From: Octopus bimaculoides
Lineage: Eukaryota
DNA length: 64,000 nucleotides
Assembly: GCF_001194135.2 (NCBI RefSeq)
Contig: NC_068997.1
Span: 4,011,074-4,075,073 of the forward strand
Direction of reading: 5' to 3'
Of this stretch, positions 27,801 to 42,315 are shown piece after piece. Position numbers and translations under genes: made by a program. Under the pieces are notes generated by a model. The model made no database searches. It was not told the origin of the DNA and saw only the letters and a program-made list of their open reading frames with translations. Within the stretch, counting starts at the first letter, position 1; every line of letters starts with the position of its first letter.

Positions 27801-29101
27801 CTTTCTTTTTCTGTCTCTTTCACTCTTTCCCTTTCTCTCTCTCCTTCCCCGCCTCTCTCTCTCTCTTTCTCTCCATGTTTACCAAAGTTTATATTACTCT
27901 TGTTCGTCATTTGGTCCAACTGTAAGACTTCTGTAGATCCGAATGTCGGAAGAGAAGTATGTTTTGACGGGAACAATAAGAAAACTGGTTCTGTGGTGTG
28001 CATGTGTGTGTGAGAGAGAGAGACACACACATACAGACAGACAAACAGACAGAGACAGACAGACAGATCGAGAGAGAGAGAGAGAAACAGAGATAGTGAC
28101 AGAGACAGAGAGAAAGAGAGTGAGATGAAATAAAAGAAAATGAAGATGAAGTGAAAAAGAGAAACACAAAATCGAAGTTGAGAAGAAATTTAAGAATAGT
28201 AAGAAAGAAATGATAACGAACCTCTTAGAATAAAGAATCCTATCGTATGGAAGTTAAAACCTAGATTATTGCTTAGCGGAGTTCAAATATGAATTGAAGT
28301 GATGTTAAGTTCTGGCTTTCTTGATACAGGACAACTGAAGAAATTAAAGGAAGTAACGCTTTAAATGTATTAACTAGAAGAAGAAAACGAAACCATTTGG
28401 CACATCTAGAAAATCTCCCCAAAGTAGTGATAAGATAATAACTGAAAGAACTAGTGTACAGCTAGTATCGACTTTGTCAATATTATCGATAATTCTCATC
28501 TTTAAATCAATATGTACGACCAGTATTATATCAGAAGGCGAAATTGTGTAAACCAAAGAAATGTTCCTGCAACAACACCTAATTTTTCAATTTACTGTCA
28601 GAAACAAACTTCATATGTATCACCGTAACCTTCCCAAGGCAATGCTCTTTGTTTAACGTAACTTTGTTTCTTTTACGGTTTTGTATATATAAGAGAAATA
28701 TTGGCAATAGTAGGAGTCATAAACTAGCATTTTTAATTTCTATGAATATTACAGAAAACCGATTTAAGATCTGAACTGGTACACTGAAGAGTTTTGAGGA
28801 ATTTAGTTTCAGAAAAAGTGAATACAGACAGTTTGAATAAGATAATAGGACTAATGTTCAGTTGATTTTGTATCGAACTAGAACATGGTGGGAGGAGACT
28901 AGAAGGTGTTAAAAAGGAAATATGGTTGGGGTGAGCGGAAGAATTAGTCATAACAGAGGTGTAGCTATGGCGTACATGTCTATGTTTATATGAATGCGTG
29001 TAAATACATTACGTGCATATGTGTGTGTGCCTGTGTATTTCTGTGTATGTATGAAAATATATGTGCGTTTAAGTACATACATTTAATATATATATACATA
29101 T

Positions 29102-29157
<56 letters not shown>

Positions 29158-29248
29158 GTGGATATATGGATACATATATTTGCATATATGTGTATATCAG
29201 CTTTTAGGCATACGTATAATATACCTACGATTAAATATACTTAAATAT

Positions 29249-29280
<32 letters not shown>

Positions 29281-29569
29281 CACATATATAGATAAATATA
29301 TATGCATGCATGTATGTATGTATGTATGTATGTATGTATACACACTCATACACATAGATGCATACATGGTTGCTCGCATGCATAATTGAGGCAGTGAGTA
29401 GGAACACACTGTTACGATATTTATGTTTATTTTCATTTATATTTTTTTCTTTACTTTTACATTTAATCTTTTGAGAGAGAAAAAAAAATCAGTGTTTGAT
29501 TATATGTTAATATGTGATACCATAATTGACTGTTTTATTGAAGTCTATAACAAACGGAGATTGCGTGTG

Positions 29570-29640
<71 letters not shown>

Positions 29641-30103
29641 GCGTGCATGCGCGTGTGCTTGGCTATGGTCGTAGTGAAGCTGAGTGGGTTGGTCGCAGAC
29701 TAAAGAATATGTTTAATGCAAAACCTCAGAAAAATGGATTCATTGAACGTAGAGTTTTAATCATATATATTAATGAACTCATTTAGTGAGCTGAACATTC
29801 CGGATGTCGGTTAGTACCTCGAAAGAACTACAATTAGGATCACCACCACCACCAACACTTCTACCCGAACAGATATACGAGTAATTAAAGTTGGAGGGAG
29901 ATACCTAGAGAGATGAGTAATCTACTCTGTGGGTGTGAGAGTAGAGGGAATGTATATACACACACACACACGCACGCACATATATGTTTATATGCATATA
30001 TATGTATGCATATGTATTTGTATGTATATATATATATATACATACATATATATGTGTGTGTATATATATCTTCCCCCGTTGGTATCTCTCTACCTATCTA
30101 AAT

Positions 30104-30146
<43 letters not shown>

Positions 30147-30191
30147 GTATGTATCTAAATGCATGTATGTACATGTATGTATATGTATTTG

Positions 30192-30241
<50 letters not shown>

Positions 30242-30300
30242 CATGCATATATACATTCATACATACATCCAACCATACATACATACATATNNNNNNNNNN

Positions 30301-30384
<84 letters not shown>

Positions 30385-30650
30385 TTTTATGTAAATCTTC
30401 CCACGTAGCTATCTCTTTCTCTATCTAAAATGCATTGTAGCGAGATAGAAAGATAGGTAGATAAGAATGCATGTGTGTCTGTACGTAATCATGCATGTAT
30501 GTAGGTATATCTGCGTGTGTATGTGTGTGTGTGTGTTCGGTTGGTTGTTATGTGCACAAATATTTCTATTATGTGTGCGTGACAAACAGCCAGACAGACA
30601 GAAAGACAGAGAAAGGGAGAGGGAGAGAGATAGATAATAGAGAGAGCGAT

Positions 30651-30685
<35 letters not shown>

Positions 30686-31929
30686 TGGATTGATAAGAAA
30701 ATTAAGCGCAATCTAAATTTGCAATTATAATTGTGAAAGAACATGAAATGAATAACGAGTGAACGATAAAGCATATGTAATGTGAGGAGTAAATTACCGA
30801 GGAGAGAGAGGGAGGGGAGGGAGAGAGGGAGAGAGAGGGAGAGAGAGGGAGAGAGAGAGAGAGGGAGAGAGAGATAGAGAGAGAGAGGAAGAGGGGAAGA
30901 GGGAGGGGAGAGAGAGGGAGAGAGAGGGAGACAGAGATGGACAGACAGACCAACAAAAGAGTATTAGAAACCAATTCTCACATTGAGTTGCTGTGTAGAA
31001 TTTCTTGGTTCGCTGCCATAGTGTGGCACCATTGGCATGTTTCACAGTACCAAGTGGTTTCTGCTCAATACCTGAATGGGATTCAGTAGACAGTCACTGT
31101 TTCCCAGAACCAATTCAAATGCACAGACACACAGATACACACACACATACATACACACACTTTTACATACCTATTCACATATACACACACGCACACCTAT
31201 ACATACATGCATAAACTCATATACGCATGGAGAATGGAGATCTTGTTCTGTAACACAACAGCGATAATTATGTTCATATTCGAATCTACCGGTAAGTAAT
31301 AAGAATAAATATCGTTTTGATTTTCGCTATTCACTGTGCATATGACGACTTAATTGCAGTTATGTAGCTATTCATTCAATAGCTGAGAGCATAACCACTC
31401 GCTCGATTAATGCATTGTCCTATGATATTGTACCTGGTTGTGAAACGTGCTAGAAATAAAAGTCAAATCACTGAACTTATGCCCTTAAAAAACGGATAAT
31501 GTATTCCTTGAAACACTCTGCTACCGACAGAAAGCATTAGATGGCAGTAAGCTGGATCAAAGACTTAACTCGGAGCGGAAATACTTCTCGCGTTAGCTAA
31601 GTCATCTTTTGATATATCAAATTGTTTCGCCTCCAGCTAATGTCATACTTTGCTGCATAGTAAGTGTTGGCATGGGTGTGTAGCCAAGAAGCTCGCTTTG
31701 CAGCCATGTGGTTTCGGATTCAGTCACATTTCGCGGCACCTTAGATAAATGTCTTCTATATTATCCCTCAGCTATCAGTGTCTGAAAGTCATTTTGGTGA
31801 ACGGAAAGTGCAAGAAGAATAACAAGATGAAAAGTAGAACGGCTATTGGGAGGTGACTGCAGATTTTCCAGGGTGTTACGGACTCTTTCCCATCCCAGTT
31901 AAGAAGAAGAAAAAAAAACAGACAATTTA

Positions 31930-32161
31930 ATGTGCTGCGCAGGAAAGAAAGCTGTGAATCTAGTCCAGTTAACGATTCCTCATGAAGATAACATGGATGT
32001 CGCAAGGGTTCAAAAGATTGACCGTTATATAAACGTCCTCGAGGAATGTGAAGATGCAGGCTGGAAAGCGGGGAATTTCACAAAGGGATTCGGACGTAGA
32101 GTGTTTGTTGGACACAGTATGAGACGACTGTTGATAACATTAGGCCTAACACATCGTAAAT
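31930..32161 (+). mobile_element. Hero/NeSL-like LINE REL C-terminal fragment
   Basis: VQLTIPHEDNMDVARVQKIDRYINVLEECEDAGWKAGNFTKGFGRRVFVGHS resembles the ELTVPWE...RK..KY..L..EC...GW.....VEVGCRGF motif. Confidence 0.7.
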
Positions 32162-32163
32162 TA

Positions 32164-32935
32164 TTGAGTTGTCCAGAAGGTTCATGCCGATTTTTGAAGG
32201 AAAGAAAGGTCAATAAATACTTGTCATTACATTTTTAGTCAACCAAATATGAACCATTTTGTTGCACAATGCGTCTCCATCTTTCCTTTAACTTGAAAAT
32301 ACCCTCTTCCCAGAATTAAGGTTGTTTCATGGCAAAGAATTCATCAAGGTATCTTTTTACGTCATCCAAGGAATTGAAATTTTTACCATAAAGACTATTC
32401 TACAGTGACCTGAATAAGTGGAAATCCGAAGGAGCAATATCTGGTAAATATGGAGGGTGGGGTAACACATCCCAGCCGAGCTGCAGCAATTTTTGTCTGG
32501 TATCCAAAGAAACGTGCGGTCTTGCATTATCATGTTGGAATGCAACACCCTTCCTGTTGGCCAATTCTGGACGTTTCTCTTGAATTTCTGCTTTTAACTC
32601 GTCCTGTTGTGTGCAGTATTTCTCAGAATTAATTGTCTGGTTACTTGGGAGAAGCTCAGAGTACAGAATTCCATTCCAATCCCACCAGACACAAAGCAAG
32701 ACATTCTTAGGGAGAAGACCCGCTTTTGGGATGGCTAAGGGTGGCTCATGTCGCTTACTCCAGGATCGCTTTCTCTGAACATTTCGGTAGATAATCCATT
32801 TCTCATCACCTGTCACAATTTGCTTTTAAAAAGGCGAGTTTTCATTCCATTTATAAAGCGAATCACAGATGGAAATGCGATCCAAAAGGTTCTTCTCACT
32901 CAACTCCTGATGACCCCATGCACTTGCTGGCTTCC
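32164..32935 (-). mobile_element. Mariner (Hsmar1/cecropia-like) transposase, 3' half with right TIR, pseudogenised
   Basis: TGDEKW...LCVWWDW.GI...HDNARPH...HPPYLPDIAPSDFHLFRSL (D,D34D), then frameshifted LKERWRRIVQQNGSYLVD*. TIR ttgagttgtccagaagg with a TA flank at 32162. Confidence 0.95.
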
Positions 32936-33076
32936 GGGATGCGAAGTTCTCGACTGGTAGCACTTGCATGTGCACGTTATTTACAAAACATTCTCAGCTA
33001 TCAGTGTCTGAAAGTCAGTTTGGTGAACGGAAAGTGCAAGTCTGTCGAATATACACACACACGCAAACACACACAT

Positions 33077-33137
<61 letters not shown>

Positions 33138-34588
33138 CACACACGTGTTGTGTGTTAAGGTGTACGTGAGTGAGTGCGCGTGTTTATCTTTGTCTCTGTG
33201 TTTGTTCCCCCACACATCTCGACAACTTGTGTTGGTTTGTTTACGTCCCAGTAACTTTGCACTTAGGCAGAAGACACCAATAGAATAAGTACCAGCTTGT
33301 AAAATATGAGTGCTGGATTCCATACGTTCGACTAAGAGCCTTCAAAGCAGTGATCCAGCATGGTCATTGACTAATACCTGAACCAAATAAAAGTGCGTGC
33401 GTGCGTGCGTTTGTGTGAGTGTGCGTGAGTGTGTGTATGTGCGTGCGTGTGTTTATGCGTGCGTGTGAGTGCTTATGTTTGCTCTCCTGTATGTGAGTGC
33501 TTATGTTTGCTCTCCTGTATGTGTCATTGCGTGTGTATAGGATGTTTTTATATTTCTTTCAGTAATAACTTTAACCGAAGTATCGCCATAAGTCATTATT
33601 TATATTACAGATGAGACATGAAAATTCCGTTAAAATATTTGATGCGATGGAAAGGTTAAAAATTTGAAAAGTGAGCTGTTTCTAATGGCTTCATTAAAAT
33701 AAGGAGAGAACAGGTGATTCTGTTGTGGAAGAGGTTTTATCTGGGAACATTCAATATTTGTCGCCAGTTTAAACTGTTATGAAAGGATTTTAACTATGGT
33801 CAACAACAGGAATCTTTTCTGTACAAATCAGGGTTTCTTTACTTGTTCGCAGGAAAGATTAGAAATAATAAGGACCGAATCTCATTTAAATCATACCTGC
33901 TTAGGTAAACGATACTTATACACGTGTGTGTGTTTATGCGTGTGTATATGTGTATACATGCATGTGTGTGCGTGTGAGTGCATGTGTGTGTGTGCGCGTG
34001 CGCGCGCGTGTAGGAGTGTCGATTAGCTGGCTCAATCGTTAAGATATCGGAAACACTGCTTAGCAGCATTTCTGCTGGCTTATTAAGTTCTGAATTCAAA
34101 TTCTGCTGGAGTCGATTTTTTTCTCTCATCGTTCCGGGTTGATAATATAAATACCAGTCAAGGACCAGGCCCCAAGCCATCGATTCGCCCTCTCTCCAAT
34201 GTCGCAAGCATTGTTCTCTGGCCGCTATTCTGACTCAAAGTTCCGAGTACATCTGCTGCCGAGGCTGACCCAACCTTTCACCCTTTCGAGATCGCTGAAA
34301 TATGTACCAGTCAAACACTGGATTCAATGTAAACGACGAGGTACCTCCCCCAAATTGTAGGCCTTGTACTTACAGTAGAAAACTTATATATCTATATGTC
34401 ATAGCGTTGCAGTGCTCTAGAGAGGACCTTCTAACAGCACTGGGTGTTAAAACATCTGAAAGTCATAGACATATATATACATATATAGATGTACGTATGT
34501 ATATATATAAATCTTTGTGTGTGTATACACACATACATATATACATACATGCACACATACATTCATACATACATACATACATACATAC

Positions 34589-34650
<62 letters not shown>

Positions 34651-34997
34651 GTGGTAATAAGAAATGCAGAAAACGCAATTAGTATTTTTAAGAGTCATAT
34701 GAGCGGTTCTATAAGTCAACTGTACACATCCCCCTCGGAAAATAGAAGATACAATATGACGTTCGTTGTGCGTCTTTATATGTTCCAGTCATACACCTTT
34801 TGCTTAAGCAATATATTAGCAAGCTGGTAAGGTTTCTATACTAGAACAGACGGTGACAGAAGAGTTAGGTTAATGTTAAGAGATAAAGAAAAGAAAGAAA
34901 GGAGGACGCACACACATTTGCGCATAGTCACACGCACGCAGCACTCTAAAAATATTGCGTGCGCGAGTGAGTGTGTCTTTTGTGTGTGTGTGTGAGT

Positions 34998-35073
<76 letters not shown>

Positions 35074-35094
35074 AAGCGCATGTATGCTTGTGTT

Positions 35095-35520
35095 AAGGTT
35101 TGTAGCTGGTAGATTTACTGTATCCCTTGAATAAAAGTTTGATTCCAAACCACACAGTTCCGGGTTCAGTCCTAATGTGTGTCTCCTTAGGAAAGTGTCT
35201 TCCACTATAGCCGACCAAACCCTTGTGAGTGTATTTGGTAGACGGAAAATGAAAGAAGCCTGTCGTATGTATATGAGTATGTGCTGTGTGTGCACGCGCG
35301 CGGTTGTATATGTGTGAGTGCGTTGTCTTTGTGGTTCTGTTTGTCTCACACCACCGCTTCACAACCGCTGTTGGTTTGTTTAGACCCTCGTAACTTGGCG
35401 GTTTGGCATAAATATAAAAAATATATACTATGGTCGATTTGTCCGACTAAACCCTTCAAGGCGGTGCCTCAGCATGACTGCAGTCTAACGACTGAAACAA
35501 GTGGAGGAATAAATGAATAA
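35095..35520 (+). mobile_element. tRNA-derived SINE, family B (with internal GT microsatellite)
   Basis: Head ...gttccgggttcagtcc..., body gtcttccactatagccgaccaa..ccttgtgagtg.atttggtagacggaaa.tgaaagaagcc, tail gcggtgcctcagcatg..gcagt.taa.gactgaaacaag. Other copies at 37215-37610(-), 31670-33393(+, interrupted) and 54230-54335(-). Confidence 0.8.
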
Positions 35521-35899
35521 GAATTATTTTACATTGCTTCAGTCGTAACAAAACATAATATAATAATGAGGGAACGAACCGGTGTGTGGTCAATCGATAA
35601 GCTTAGAAAGAGCAGATGAATTTTCCTCAAATCACTGCCAACTATCTTTAAATAAGGTGAGACACATTGGAAATTGTAATCATTGTAATATTTGACATAC
35701 TAAAAGACGGATTAATCGTGGTTGGATGTTCTCTACCATAAATCTATATGATCAGTAACAATAACTATTTCCTTTATTTATTCACGTATGACAAACTTTT
35801 CCATCAGCTTTTTGCTCAAGATTACTGAAATTCTTCACCGACCAGTTATTATACATTATTACACCCTATCATATAATCTTATATACATTTATATGCATA

Positions 35900-37197
35900 C
35901 AAGAGGTCTAATCAAAAAGTATCGGGACAGATGCTATAAAAAAAAAAACTGCAACCCTTATCAATTCGGGATTTAATTTCTTTCGGATTTCCCTTCTGAA
36001 GCCACACATTTTATACAACGTCGTTTCCCTTGACGGAAGCAGTCATAGAACTCCTTCCAGGCGGCTATAAAAAAAAATGCCTTGTCGCATTCTCTTTGAT
36101 TCCCTCGACGTTTTGAAATCTTGTTCCTTTCAAGTTGAATGTGATTTTTGGAAAGAGGGTAAAGTCGCGGGCGAGGACCCTGTAGAATATGGTAGTTGTC
36201 GGACCCGGGAACTGTTATGATTGGTCAACAACGGCTGTACAAACTCCGCTGCATGAGCAGGTGCATCGTCATGGTGGAGATTTCACTCACTGGATGCATG
36301 CAGTTTTGTCCTTTTCCGATTGACAGCATCCTGCAAATGCCACAACACGTTACAGTAGTACTCTTTGTTTTCTGTTTGAGAGAGTGAAGCATATTCATGA
36401 TGAAGAATACTCTTGCAATGGAAGAAGACTATCAACAGTGTCTTCATATAGCTTCGCCTCATCTGGGTTTTCTTCAGTCTCGGAGTTAATAGTCTTTCTA
36501 TGCAAATAGTGAGCCTGGGGTCACAGACCAACGATTCATCACTTGTTATGACTGTATTCAAAACGTTTTCGTCTTCCTCGACACAATCAAGGAGATCCCA
36601 TGCATCTGAAACCTGATCCTTTTGATCTGCTGAAAGCAGTTTTCGCACAAACTTGGCAGACACACTACTCATACCCAAATCTTCAGTGAGAATGTTCTAA
36701 ACTTGACAGTAACTAATCTTCACATTCTACGACAACTCATGCGCGGTGGTTCGATGGCCTTTTCAAACAGTTGCATGCAAATCTAAGATGTTTCCATCAG
36801 TTCTCCGGCAGGTCTCGTAGAAGGTGCGTCATTGTCCACAATTTTTTCACTTGTACACTCGTGCCCGGCTCATACACTTTACTACATACCCTCTCTGCAA
36901 CTTCGCGTAGGTCTCTGCGCAGGCTTCATCAAGTTTTTGGCAAAATTTGAAGTCGATTCTCCAATCAATTTTCTATGACATGGTCACTGACGTAACCTCG
37001 GTGGTATGTTGAGATGACCATATTTTATGCAGTGTACTTCCAAGCACAGTTGTGAGCAACGGATGTGAACGAGTACGCTATAACGTAGTGTCAATGCGCG
37101 ACAGAGTTCAAGGTAAATCTGTGCGAAGCGGCTTCACTCTGTGTACTTTAGCTCCGTAACCATAGCAACAGTCTTCATGCATTTTGATCAGACCTCG
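35900..37197 (-). mobile_element. Near full-length (~1.3 kb) decayed mariner element with both TIRs and TA flanks
   Basis: Ends ta|caagaggtctaatcaaaa and ttttgatcagacctcg|ta. ORF 36283-36678 GMSSVSAKFVRKLLSADQK...VITSDES resembles GMRRVAAKFVPKLL...ITGDE. Multiple stops and frameshifts. Confidence 0.9.
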
Positions 37198-37214
37198 TAT
37201 GTGTTATATAAACT

Positions 37215-37424
37215 ATTACCTATTTTATCCGTTTACATGTTTCAATCATTGGATTGCGGCTACACTGGGGCACCGCGTTCAAGGATTTAGTCAAAAAATT
37301 TGACCCCAGTACTTGTATTTTAAGTCTTGTACGAACTGCTAAGCTGTGGGGACGTAAACAAACTAAAAACGATTGTCATGTGGTAGTTGGGGGACAGACA
37401 TCATAAACACAAAGTCACACAGAC

Positions 37425-37498
<74 letters not shown>

Positions 37499-37610
37499 TC
37501 GATAAGGCGGGCTTCTTTCAGTTCCTGTCTCCCAAATCCACTCACAAGGCTTTGGTCGACCGGGCTATATATTAGAAAGCATTTGCCCAAGGTACGCACA
37601 TTGAAGCTAA
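37215..37610 (-). mobile_element. SINE family B copy abutting the mariner TIR
   Basis: Reverse complement of the 35095-35520 consensus blocks around a (GATA)n tract. Confidence 0.75.
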
Positions 37611-37967
37611 ACCCATGACAGCTCTGCTTACGCCTATTCTGTTATAAACTCTTACAGGGACACATTTATATCTTATTATATACAATCATATATTACATAC
37701 AATTATTTATTCCATGCTGTTATGTATAATAATACACTCTGTATTATTGTGCAAGCCATCTTAAACAGTCATATATATTACTTAGCCAATTATTTATAAT
37801 TACAAATTAATGCCTCGTTAATTGTAATAGATCTATTAATTGTATAATGTTTCCAAGTATCTCAGTATGTTACAGATATTTTGCCACAATATTAGTCGTA
37901 TTCCCTTTATCGTCATCTCGATGAAAAGCAGATCCGAAACGAACTTACAGTGATCAACAAATATAAC

Positions 37968-38084
<117 letters not shown>

Positions 38085-39264
38085 TCTTCTGTAAATTACT
38101 CTCTATCCAGGGGGCAACTGTGTCACTTCCTGTCTTTTTTCTTTTATTTTTCCATTACCGTTCTACCTGTCACACGTCTATCTGTTCAGGATTTACTATT
38201 TACCTCTAATATAAAAAAACAAAAACAAACGCGCAGTTTTCATTTTTTTTCTTCTACCTCATTCTCATCCCCATTTTCCCTCTTTCTTTTTCTTCCCTCT
38301 TTCTTTTTCTTCTCTCTCTCTCTCTCTCTCTCTCTCTTTATCTTCTCCTATGTTGGGCTGTTTTCCTATTATTTTGATTTTGTTGTTATTGTCGCTGCTG
38401 CTTCTACTACTTTCCCTCTCTCTATTCCTCACCACCTTCCCATTCTCTAGTCTTCACCACCACCACCACCACTCTCTCTATTCCACATCCCCACTTCCCT
38501 CTCTCTATGGGAACTACCTTCTTCTTTCAGTTAGTCCGTCCTGCCTTTCATCCTTCTGCTACTCAAACCAATCCCAGTCACTTTCTTCTACGTTTACATA
38601 TTTTCGATAAATACGAGACTCTGCTTTAGTTTGTATAAGTTTAACTTTGACCTTGTCTTGTATTTTTCATAAATTATTAACAATATGTACAGAGGGCATA
38701 CATATTTCCTTGAAGGGGTTGGTAGAGACCAATTTTAAGGTGTAAAATAATGTCCAGTGATTTTCGTATATTTTAGAGTGATTTAAAGTATTGAAATAAA
38801 ATCCATGTTACTTATATTTGTGGTACTTATAACATTGAGCTTACGAGTATTCATTCGTGAAGCCATCGTGTATATTTTTTTGTGTAAGTCAAAAGGTTTT
38901 GCTCATTCGTATTACATAACTTTCTCTCGGGAGGAAAGAGAGTACGCATGATTCCTGGTAGGGCCTCTAAAAGTGAAGGAAGAGAAGCTGTCTCTCTTAA
39001 GTTAAAGGTCTCGTCGCCTGAATGTCTGCAGAAGATTAGAAGGTGCTAAAGGTACGAGGTACTGTAGTGCTGTTGAATTAGTTGACGGATTAAGTCTACC
39101 AGTTCTCAAACAAAAGCTGCCCTTCTTCGGGGCTTCTACCCAGGCCTGTTCTAAAAATGTCACTCTAACGTCTTTAGTCGATCGGACTTGGAGCCATGTA
39201 AGTTTGAACCCATGAACTAACCAGGCGAACTTCTTCACCACTCAACCATACTTGCTGTTTGGAG

Positions 39265-39560
39265 ACTGAGTGTAGTTTGGAAGTTGAATGTATGGAGGTT
39301 GAGTGTAGCTGGTAATTGGGAGTGGTTTAGTAGTCATTTATAATCTGGAAGTTGAGTGTAGTCGGAGGTTCAGTGTAGCTTTGAAGGCGAGTGGAGTTCG
39401 AAGGCGGTATTTACTTTGAAAGTTGGGTGAAGTTTGGAGGTTGAGTGTAGTTGGAAGTTGAGTATGGTTTAGTAGACATTTATAATCTGGAAGTTGAGTG
39501 TAGTTTTAAGGTGCGTGGAGCTGGAGGGCTGAATTTACTATGAAAGTTAAGTGTAGTTTC
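39265..39560. repeat. 17-18 bp minisatellite (GAGTGTAGTTTGGAAGTT-like) with higher-order duplication
   Basis: Repeated gagtgtag.t.gga.gtt units. The block tggtttagtag.catttataatctggaagttgagtgtag recurs ~140 bp apart. Confidence 0.85.
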
Positions 39561-40137
39561 GAAGCTAAATATAATGTCTTGAACTCGTGTTGAGAGTTCG
39601 AGAGGAGAATGTTGATTAGTGACGTCAGCCTAATCTCTTTAATAAATTACCCTACAGTCCTAAATAACAGGAGCATTCAAGTGGCATTATAGAATTATCA
39701 AATGTTTGAAACTAGGTGTTTACAAAGGGTTCTTTTGATTAAATTCAACAAGAGAATATACGAGGTCACTCGACCTGCTAAAAATAACAAACAAGCCACT
39801 TCGTTTTATCACATCTTGTAAAAGGACAGACTGGATAGCGTAGTCTGAGATAGATTATGTCTTGCACACATGACAAGATGATCATGTCTGGACTGATTTT
39901 GATGATAACTTTGTTACACCAGGCTTAGCTTTGGGGTTAAATAACAACAACAGCGACAATGGTGTTCTTTGCTAGTTAAGTTGTTTCAACTTTTTTCCTG
40001 TGACTATGAAGACAAGAAGGGGTGGTAGGAGGGGGTAGTGGTGGGGGAGGAAGTGGTTTTTATCAGTTTCTCATTCATAAATCATTACACCTAATCATGT
40101 ATCGATCAGTAGTTCTCATAACGAAAACGCACACACA

Positions 40138-40171
<34 letters not shown>

Positions 40172-40447
40172 TAAAAATTGATTTGTTCGTCTGAGACATT
40201 AACTCAGACCAGGTCATATACATTGTAGTCAACGTAACTGTTTCTGCTGCTGTTGTTTTTTATTTTGTTGCTGTTGTTGTTGTTGTTGTTCTCCTCTTTC
40301 TCCTCCTCCTCCTTCTTCTTCATTTTCTTCTTGTCCTTGTTGTTGTGGTTGCTTTTCTTATTGTTGCTGGTGTTGTGATTCTTGCGGTTGTTCTTATTGT
40401 CAACATCAATGACGTTGTTGTTGTTGTTGTTGTTGTTATTATCATCA

Positions 40448-40502
<55 letters not shown>

Positions 40503-40842
40503 GGCGGCGAGCAGGCAGGATCGTTAGCGCGCCGGACGAAATGCTTGGCGGTATTTCGCCTATCGCTACGTTCTGAGATCAAATTCCGCTGAGGTCAACT
40601 TTGTCTTTCATCCTTTCNNNNNNNNNNNNNNNNNNNNNNNNNNNNNNNNNNNNNNNNNNNNNNNNNNNNNNNNNNNNNNNNNNNNNNNNNNNNNNNNNNN
40701 NNNNNNNNNNNNNNNNNNNNNNNNNNNNNNNNNNNNNNNNNNNNNNNNNNNNNNNNNNNNNNNNNNNNNNNNNTATTATTATTATTACTATTTTTTTTTT
40801 ATTATTATAGTTTCAGCTTAGAGCTGCGGCCATTATTATTAT

Positions 40843-40923
<81 letters not shown>

Positions 40924-41907
40924 CATTTGTAATCGTCTATGCGAACCAACAAAATTTCAGGCCTTCTGACTATAATAGTAAGAATCATTCTTGTAAATGT
41001 TATTTATGTTGATCGTGTTGTTAAACTTATTGGGGCTGTTGATATTGTCCTCAAGTAGCCTCCACCGAGATGTATCTCACAATGCTATACCAGAAATCTC
41101 TGACCCCGCCTACCTATATCTTAGATCTTTGCTTTCATGTTATATGTCTCAACCAATAACATCAATGTAGTAAAGGGGTCTTCGTCCTTTTTAGGCTGCG
41201 GAAGTGTCCAATATACAACATCTTATATGGTTTGATGTTCACAACGATAGCAATGACCGTTGTCGTTGTTGTTGTTGTTGTTGCTGTCGTTGTTTTCCGT
41301 TATTGTCTTGTAAGCCTAGTACTTATTCTATCGATCTCTTTTGCCGAACCGCTAAGTTACGGGGACGTAAAGACACCAACATCGGTTGTCATGCGATGGT
41401 CGTACACAGACACACAGGTCATCCAGATCGTCCCTAATTGCACAACCAGTCACATGATCAATGACATTCCATCCGTGACAATTCGGTCTTCACTACATCA
41501 TTCATCTCAGACGACAATATCGCAATATGCAAAAACATCCCTCGAATTTTTTTGTTTTCATTAAATATAGCGGCAGTGCTTTCACAGCTATTCCTGAAAT
41601 GCTGGCTGATTACATTAAGATATCTTTATTGAGTTCCTATAATAAGCGACTACTAAAAAGTATCTAAATAATGTGATGATATCTAAGACACCGCCACCCA
41701 ATTACCGGTACAAGGGAGCAAGATTACAAGGGAGTGGTGGTATCTGATGGAATTTACTTATAAATTATGGAAAGAACAATCCTTAATGTTACATTGGAAT
41801 TTTCTTCCCATTACTAATTGTCGACTAGTGAAAGTGTGCACTCATCACAACAGGAGGAAAGGACCTATCTCTGGGTGCATATGTCGTAGCGTATATCATA
41901 TATATTC

Positions 41908-41966
<59 letters not shown>

Positions 41967-42273
41967 TACCACAGCCACTAAAAGATTTACGATTAACAAA
42001 TCTCCGGGCTAGCGGGATACAAGAATGGCAAGACATTTATCAAAGAAATAACCTTAACAAAATAATGAAAAGAGCACTTCCCACGCAGCAGAACGAGGTA
42101 TTGACTTATAAGAATATTTAATATACTTTATAATATATTATGGTTACATAACCAAATATCACGTCCTTACAAGTCATTAATATTTATCAAAGACTTTAAC
42201 GACATCTACTTAACTGTTCATATGTGTGTGTGCGTGTGTGTGTGTGTGTGTTGTGCGTGTGTGTGTGTGTGCG

Positions 42274-42315
<42 letters not shown>

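Noticed and set aside
39265-39560. Regularly spaced short repeats as a CRISPR array
   Set aside because: Degenerate contiguous units with no unique spacers and no cas genes, in a eukaryotic context.
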